Under the pieces are notes generated by a model. It was not told the DNA's origin. It did not search any database and saw nothing but the letters and a program-made list of their open reading frames with translations. Below, piece after piece: positions 60,220-64,000 of a stretch of DNA of 64,000 bases (the first letter of the stretch is position 1; each line of letters begins with the position of its first letter). This stretch comes from Anaeromyxobacteraceae bacterium (GTDB taxonomy: Bacteria > Myxococcota > Myxococcia > Myxococcales > Anaeromyxobacteraceae), in the NCBI GenBank assembly GCA_032654565.1, contig JAULAX010000015.1:608001-672000 (forward strand), in the 5' to 3' direction. The position numbers were made by a program, and so were the translations under genes.

Positions 60220-60283
60220 CCGCCTCCCCCAAACGCGAGTTCTGACGTCAGAACTCGCGAAAGAGGGGCTCTGGGCGGGACGC
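60220..60283 (+). repeat. 64-bp palindromic repeat, copy 1
   Basis: Contains perfect 26-bp palindrome cgcgagttctgacgtcagaactcgcg (60234-60259); 51/64 identical to 60486-60549. Confidence 0.88.
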
Positions 60284-60295
60284 GAGGACGAGCGA

Positions 60296-60466
60296 ATGAA
60301 GGCACTGAAGGCACAGGTCGCCAACTGCGGGGACTCCTTCGACGACGAGGAGCGCGAGCGGCTGCACCAGGCCATCGATCGGGGCTTGGAGGACGGGCGG
60401 GAGGGGCGGACCACCGACGCCCGGCAGGTCCTGGCGGAACTGCGGGCGAGGGCTGCGGGCCGGTGA
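60296..60466 (+). CDS. Short ParD-like antitoxin (possibly internally deleted relic)
   Basis: MKALKAQVANCGDSFDDEERERLHQAIDRGLEDGREGRTTDARQVLAELRARAAGR; GAGGA RBS; absent from the ORF track (56 aa). Confidence 0.6.
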   Translation: MKALKAQVANCGDSFDDEERERLHQAIDRGLEDGREGRTTDARQVLAELRARAAGR

Positions 60467-60485
60467 AGGTCGGCGGTGCGGCGAT

Positions 60486-60549
60486 CCGCCTCCCCCAAAA
60501 GCGATTCCCGACGTCGGGGTTCGCCAAAGGGGGGCTCCAGTCGGGACGC
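60486..60549 (+). repeat. 64-bp palindromic repeat, copy 2
   Basis: gcgattcccgacgtcggggttcgc core with compensatory changes relative to copy 1. Confidence 0.85.
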
Positions 60550-60671
60550 AATGCTCCGCGATTCGTTAGGCCCGTAGGGCTGCCGCCCTCCCTGCCGTGA
60601 GCGAGGCCATCAACGACGCCGTCGACCAATGGGACGAACTGAAGCTGCTGCAGCGCCAAGACCACGCTTGC

Positions 60672-60944
60672 TCACCGCAAGCGCAGAAAGTAGTTCCCCT
60701 CAAAGTTCGCGGCGACGTTCTCGTCTGAGTCGAACTCGAAGGCCACCTTGAGCCCCTCGGGTTTACCTCGGCCCACGCGCTCCAGCTCGAGAGACACGAA
60801 GTCGACCATCTCCTGGCTGATTCCTGACGCCTTGCAAGCTTCGAGGTCCGTCTCCTCAGCCATCCGCGATGCCCAGGCGAACCTTGCCGGGCCGGGGATC
60901 CAGCCTGATGAAGTCATCCCATGTCCTTCTGTCCCGCCCACCAT
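60672..60944 (-). CDS. Hypothetical protein or gene fragment (lower GC)
   Basis: Protein-like C-terminus FEFDSDENVAANFEGNYFLRLR; start unclear. Confidence 0.4.
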   Translation of the reverse strand: MVGGTEGHGMTSSGWIPGPARFAWASRMAEETDLEACKASGISQEMVDFVSLELERVGRGKPEGLKVAFEFDSDENVAANFEGNYFLRLR

Positions 60945-61031
60945 CTTGCATGAATCCGCGGCCCCGCGAATAGAAGGCGACCGCGAGCCGGGGCGGGGCT
61001 AGGATTCAACCTCACGTTCCCGGAGGTACTG

Positions 61032-62030
61032 ATGCGCACCACCGTACTCGGCGCCGGCTCCTGGGGTACCGCCCTCGCCTCCCTGCTGGGGAGCAAGGGC
61101 CACGTCGTCACCGCCTGGGACAAGGACGCCAAGGTGCTGGAGGACCTGGCGCAGCACCACCGCAACGAGCGCTACCTCCCCGGCATCCCCATCTCCGCCA
61201 ACGTCCACTCCTCGCCCGACATCCACAAGGCGCTGGAGGGGGCCGAGCTGGTGGTGCTGGCGGTCCCCTCCCACGTGGTCCGCAGCGTCTCCATCGAGAT
61301 GAAGCGCCACGTCCACGCCGGCACCCCCATCGTCTGCGTGGCCAAGGGGATCGAGGCCGACACGCTCATGACCATGAGCGAGGTGCTGGAGGACGTCCTG
61401 CCGGTGCCCCTCCACCCCTACATCGCCATCCTCTCCGGCCCCTCCTTCGCCAAGGAGGTGGCCACCGGGCTGCCCACCGCGGTGACGGTGGCGGCCCGCT
61501 GGGAGCGGATCGCCCGGCAGGTGCAGGACGCCTTCCACTGCAAGACCTTCCGGCCCTACACCTCGGGGGACGTGGTCGGCGTGGAGATCGGCGGCTGCGT
61601 GAAGAACGTGGTGGCCATCGCCGCCGGGATGTCCGACGGCTGCGGCTTCGGCGCCAACGCCATGGCCGCCCTGATCACCCGCGGGCTGGCCGAGATCTCC
61701 CGGCTGGCGGCGAAGAAGGGGGCCAACCCGCTCACCCTCTCCGGCCTCTCCGGGCTGGGCGACCTGGTGCTCACCTGCTCCTCCGACCTGTCGCGCAACC
61801 GGACGGTGGGGCGCGGCCTGGCCGACGGCAAGACCCTGCAGGCCATCCAGCTGGAGATCGGGCAGGTGGCCGAGGGGGTCCGCAACGCCGCCACCACCCG
61901 CGACCTGGCCGCCCGGCTCGGCGTCGAGATGCCCATCACCGAGACCGTCTACAACGTCATCAACAACGGCGTCGATCCGCGCGCCGCGGTGACCACGCTG
62001 ATGATGCGCGAGACCAAGCCGGAGATCTGA
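61032..62030 (+). CDS. gpsA: NAD(P)H-dependent glycerol-3-phosphate dehydrogenase
   Basis: [37 protein letters not shown]...SRN. Confidence 0.98.
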   Translation: MRTTVLGAGSWGTALASLLGSKGHVVTAWDKDAKVLEDLAQHHRNERYLPGIPISANVHSSPDIHKALEGAELVVLAVPSHVVRSVSIEMKRHVHAGTPIVCVAKGIEADTLMTMSEVLEDVLPVPLHPYIAILSGPSFAKEVATGLPTAVTVAARWERIARQVQDAFHCKTFRPYTSGDVVGVEIGGCVKNVVAIAAGMSDGCGFGANAMAALITRGLAEISRLAAKKGANPLTLSGLSGLGDLVLTCSSDLSRNRTVGRGLADGKTLQAIQLEIGQVAEGVRNAATTRDLAARLGVEMPITETVYNVINNGVDPRAAVTTLMMRETKPEI

Positions 62031-62068
62031 GGGCCGACCCGGCGCACCGACCGGCGGCACCGCCCCGC

Positions 62069-62869
62069 ATGACCAGCACATCGCCGCTCGACCGCATCCC
62101 GCTCCTCGAGGCCCTGCCCCCGGCCGATCGCGCCCGGCTGCAGGGGCGGCTCGCCGAGCTCCGGGTCCCGGCCGGGGGCGTCATCTTCAACCGCGGCGAC
62201 CAGGGTGACCGGCTCTTCGTGCTGGCCGAGGGGAGCGCGGAGGCCTACCTGCCGCCGGAGGGCGGGGCCTCGCGGGTGCTGCTGCGGCGGCTCGGGCCGG
62301 GGGACCACTTCGGCGAGCTGGCGGTGGTCGACGGCGGCCTGCGCACCGCCTCGGTGGCGGCGGTGACCGAGGTGCGGCTGCTCACCCTGGCACGCCAGGA
62401 CTTCCTCGACGCGGTGCTGGCCTCGCCGCAGGGGGCGCGGGTGCTGGTGGAGGCGATGGCCCAGCAGCTGCGCCTCTCCGCGGCGCTGCTCACCGGCCGG
62501 GCCAGCCGCAACACCGTGCTGGAGCTGGAGGCGGCCCGCAGCCTCTCCGACACCGTGGCCGAGCGGGTGGCCCGCTGGAACGGCAGCTGGGCCTTCGTGG
62601 CCTTCCTGGTGGTGATCACGGTGGCCTGGTCGGCCTTCAACGCCGCCTCCGACCGGCCCTTCGACCCGTACCCGTTCGTCTTCTTCAACCTGGTGCTGGC
62701 GGTGCTGGTGGCGCTGCAGGGGCCGCTGCTGATGATGGCCCAGAACCGCGAGGTGGCGGCCGACCGCGCCGCCGCCGAGGCCGGCTACCGGGTCAACCTG
62801 AAGAACGAGCTGGCCCTGGAGCGGCTGGTGCGGGAGGTCGAGGAGCTGCGCCGGGCTCGCCCCAAGTGA
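62069..62869 (+). CDS. Cyclic nucleotide-binding domain plus DUF1003 membrane protein
   Basis: FGELAVVDGGLRTASV; GSWAF...FDPYPF...NL...P..MMAQNR. Confidence 0.9.
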   Translation: MTSTSPLDRIPLLEALPPADRARLQGRLAELRVPAGGVIFNRGDQGDRLFVLAEGSAEAYLPPEGGASRVLLRRLGPGDHFGELAVVDGGLRTASVAAVTEVRLLTLARQDFLDAVLASPQGARVLVEAMAQQLRLSAALLTGRASRNTVLELEAARSLSDTVAERVARWNGSWAFVAFLVVITVAWSAFNAASDRPFDPYPFVFFNLVLAVLVALQGPLLMMAQNREVAADRAAAEAGYRVNLKNELALERLVREVEELRRARPK

Positions 62870-62913
62870 GCCGGGAGTTTCCGCCCTTCGCCGGCCCGGG
62901 CTAGCATCGCCGC

Positions 62914-64000
62914 ATGGCCGACGTCGCCGCCTACCTGGTCCGGACCGGAACGCTGACGCCCCAGGGGGCGTCGCAGGCGCTGGCCGCCACCCACGACGGC
63001 GACCTGCCCTCGGCGGCGCTGCGGCTCGGGCTGGCCACCGAGGGGGCGCTGGTGCGGGCGCTGGTCGAGCTCCTCGGCTGCCCCGGGGTCGACCTCTCGC
63101 GCAGCGTCATCCCGGTCGCCAACCTGGCGGTGGTGTCGCAGGGCTTCTGCCGGCAGCGGCGGGTGCTGCCGGTGTCGGTGGGCCGGTCGGAGCTGGTGCT
63201 GGCCATGGCCGACCCCGAGGACGTCACCCTGGCCGACGAGCTGCGCTTTGCCACCGGCCGCAAGGTGCTCCGCTACGCCGCGGTGCCGGCCGCCATCGAG
63301 CGGGCCCTCGACGGCCTGGTGCGCGAGAAGCAGCGCTTCGCCCCCAGCTGGCGCGGGCCGCAGGCGCCGGCGCTCCCCGACCCCAACGCCGCCTGGGTGG
63401 GGGTGGTCCACGCCGCCCGCAAGGTGGAGGTGCCGGAGCTGCCCGAGGCGGGCGAGATCGTGCTCGTCCCCATCTCCGAGGCCCTGGAGACGCCCTTCGA
63501 GGCGCCGTCGCCGGCGCGGCTGACCCGCCCCGCCGAGCTGCAGCCGGACCGGACCCCGTCGACGAGCGGGCCGGCCACGGTGCGGCTGGAGGGGGCCGGG
63601 GCCGGGAAGCTGGTGCTGGTGGCCGATCCCAGCGCCGAGGTCCGCGAGGAGGTGGCCGAGCTGCTCGGCAAGCTGGGCTGCACGGTGCTGCAGGCCGCCA
63701 ACGGCCGGGCCACGCTCGACATCACCCGCGAGGCCCGCCCCGACCTGGTGGTGATGGAGGCCATGCTGCCCATGCTGCAGGGGTTCGACGTCTGCCGCGC
63801 CATCAAGGGCGACCCGGTGCTGCGCCCCACCCAGGTGGTGCTCACCAGCGCCGTCCACCGCGGCACCGCGGCGGCCGACGCCCAGCAGGCCTTCGGCGCC
63901 GACGCCTTCCTGGAGAAGCCGCTGCGCCGCGAGGAGGTCACCCGCGTGGCCAAGGTGCTGCTGCTCGGCCCGGCTGGAGACCCGGCCGACGCGGCCAGGC
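62914..64000 (+). CDS. MshEN/GspE-N domain plus receiver-domain protein (runs off the window end)
   Basis: Translated by hand: RVLPV....LVLAMADPED...DELRFATG; then LVLVAD...AANG...PDLVVMEAMLPMLQGFDVCRAIK...GADAFLEKP. Confidence 0.85.
   Translation, partial: MADVAAYLVRTGTLTPQGASQALAATHDGDLPSAALRLGLATEGALVRALVELLGCPGVDLSRSVIPVANLAVVSQGFCRQRRVLPVSVGRSELVLAMADPEDVTLADELRFATGRKVLRYAAVPAAIERALDGLVREKQRFAPSWRGPQAPALPDPNAAWVGVVHAARKVEVPELPEAGEIVLVPISEALETPFEAPSPARLTRPAELQPDRTPSTSGPATVRLEGAGAGKLVLVADPSAEVREEVAELLGKLGCTVLQAANGRATLDITREARPDLVVMEAMLPMLQGFDVCRAIKGDPVLRPTQVVLTSAVHRGTAAADAQQAFGADAFLEKPLRREEVTRVAKVLLLGPAGDPADAAR

Overview
High-GC myxobacterial (Anaeromyxobacter-like) chromosomal window. The taxon is inferred from gene content and codon style. 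Bases ~1-20.5 kb are accessory DNA of visibly lower GC. An ~18.3-kb integrative element (2091-20466) sits in the 3' half of a tRNA-Gly(CCC) gene and is bounded by exact 47-bp direct repeats. Its tyrosine integrase reads through the attachment core, so excision would fuse it in frame to a 108-aa HTH-bearing tail at the far end of the island, and its excisionase carries an internal amber stop. The cargo looks like a defence/addiction island: two DUF2971-like genes, an Abi-alpha-like gene, HigBA, an RHH + 2-TM operon, a putative HEPN-like gene overlapping a 948-aa helical-protein gene, an IS21 element, a DUF4238 gene, an orphan MNT, and a repeat-domain/FokI-like nuclease fusion flanked by direct repeats of parS-like 16-bp palindromes. 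Bases 20.5-64 kb are mostly core genome: hisG-murA-prmC-prfA, a futalosine-pathway menaquinone cluster with an MqnA-MqnC fusion, a large Cys-rich repeat lipoprotein, PhoX and PhoD, an M14 peptidase, a PilZ protein, truA, clpB, a liv-type ABC transporter, a small repeat-flanked antitoxin relic, gpsA and a partial MshEN/receiver gene. All family calls come from motif recognition by eye; no searches were run.
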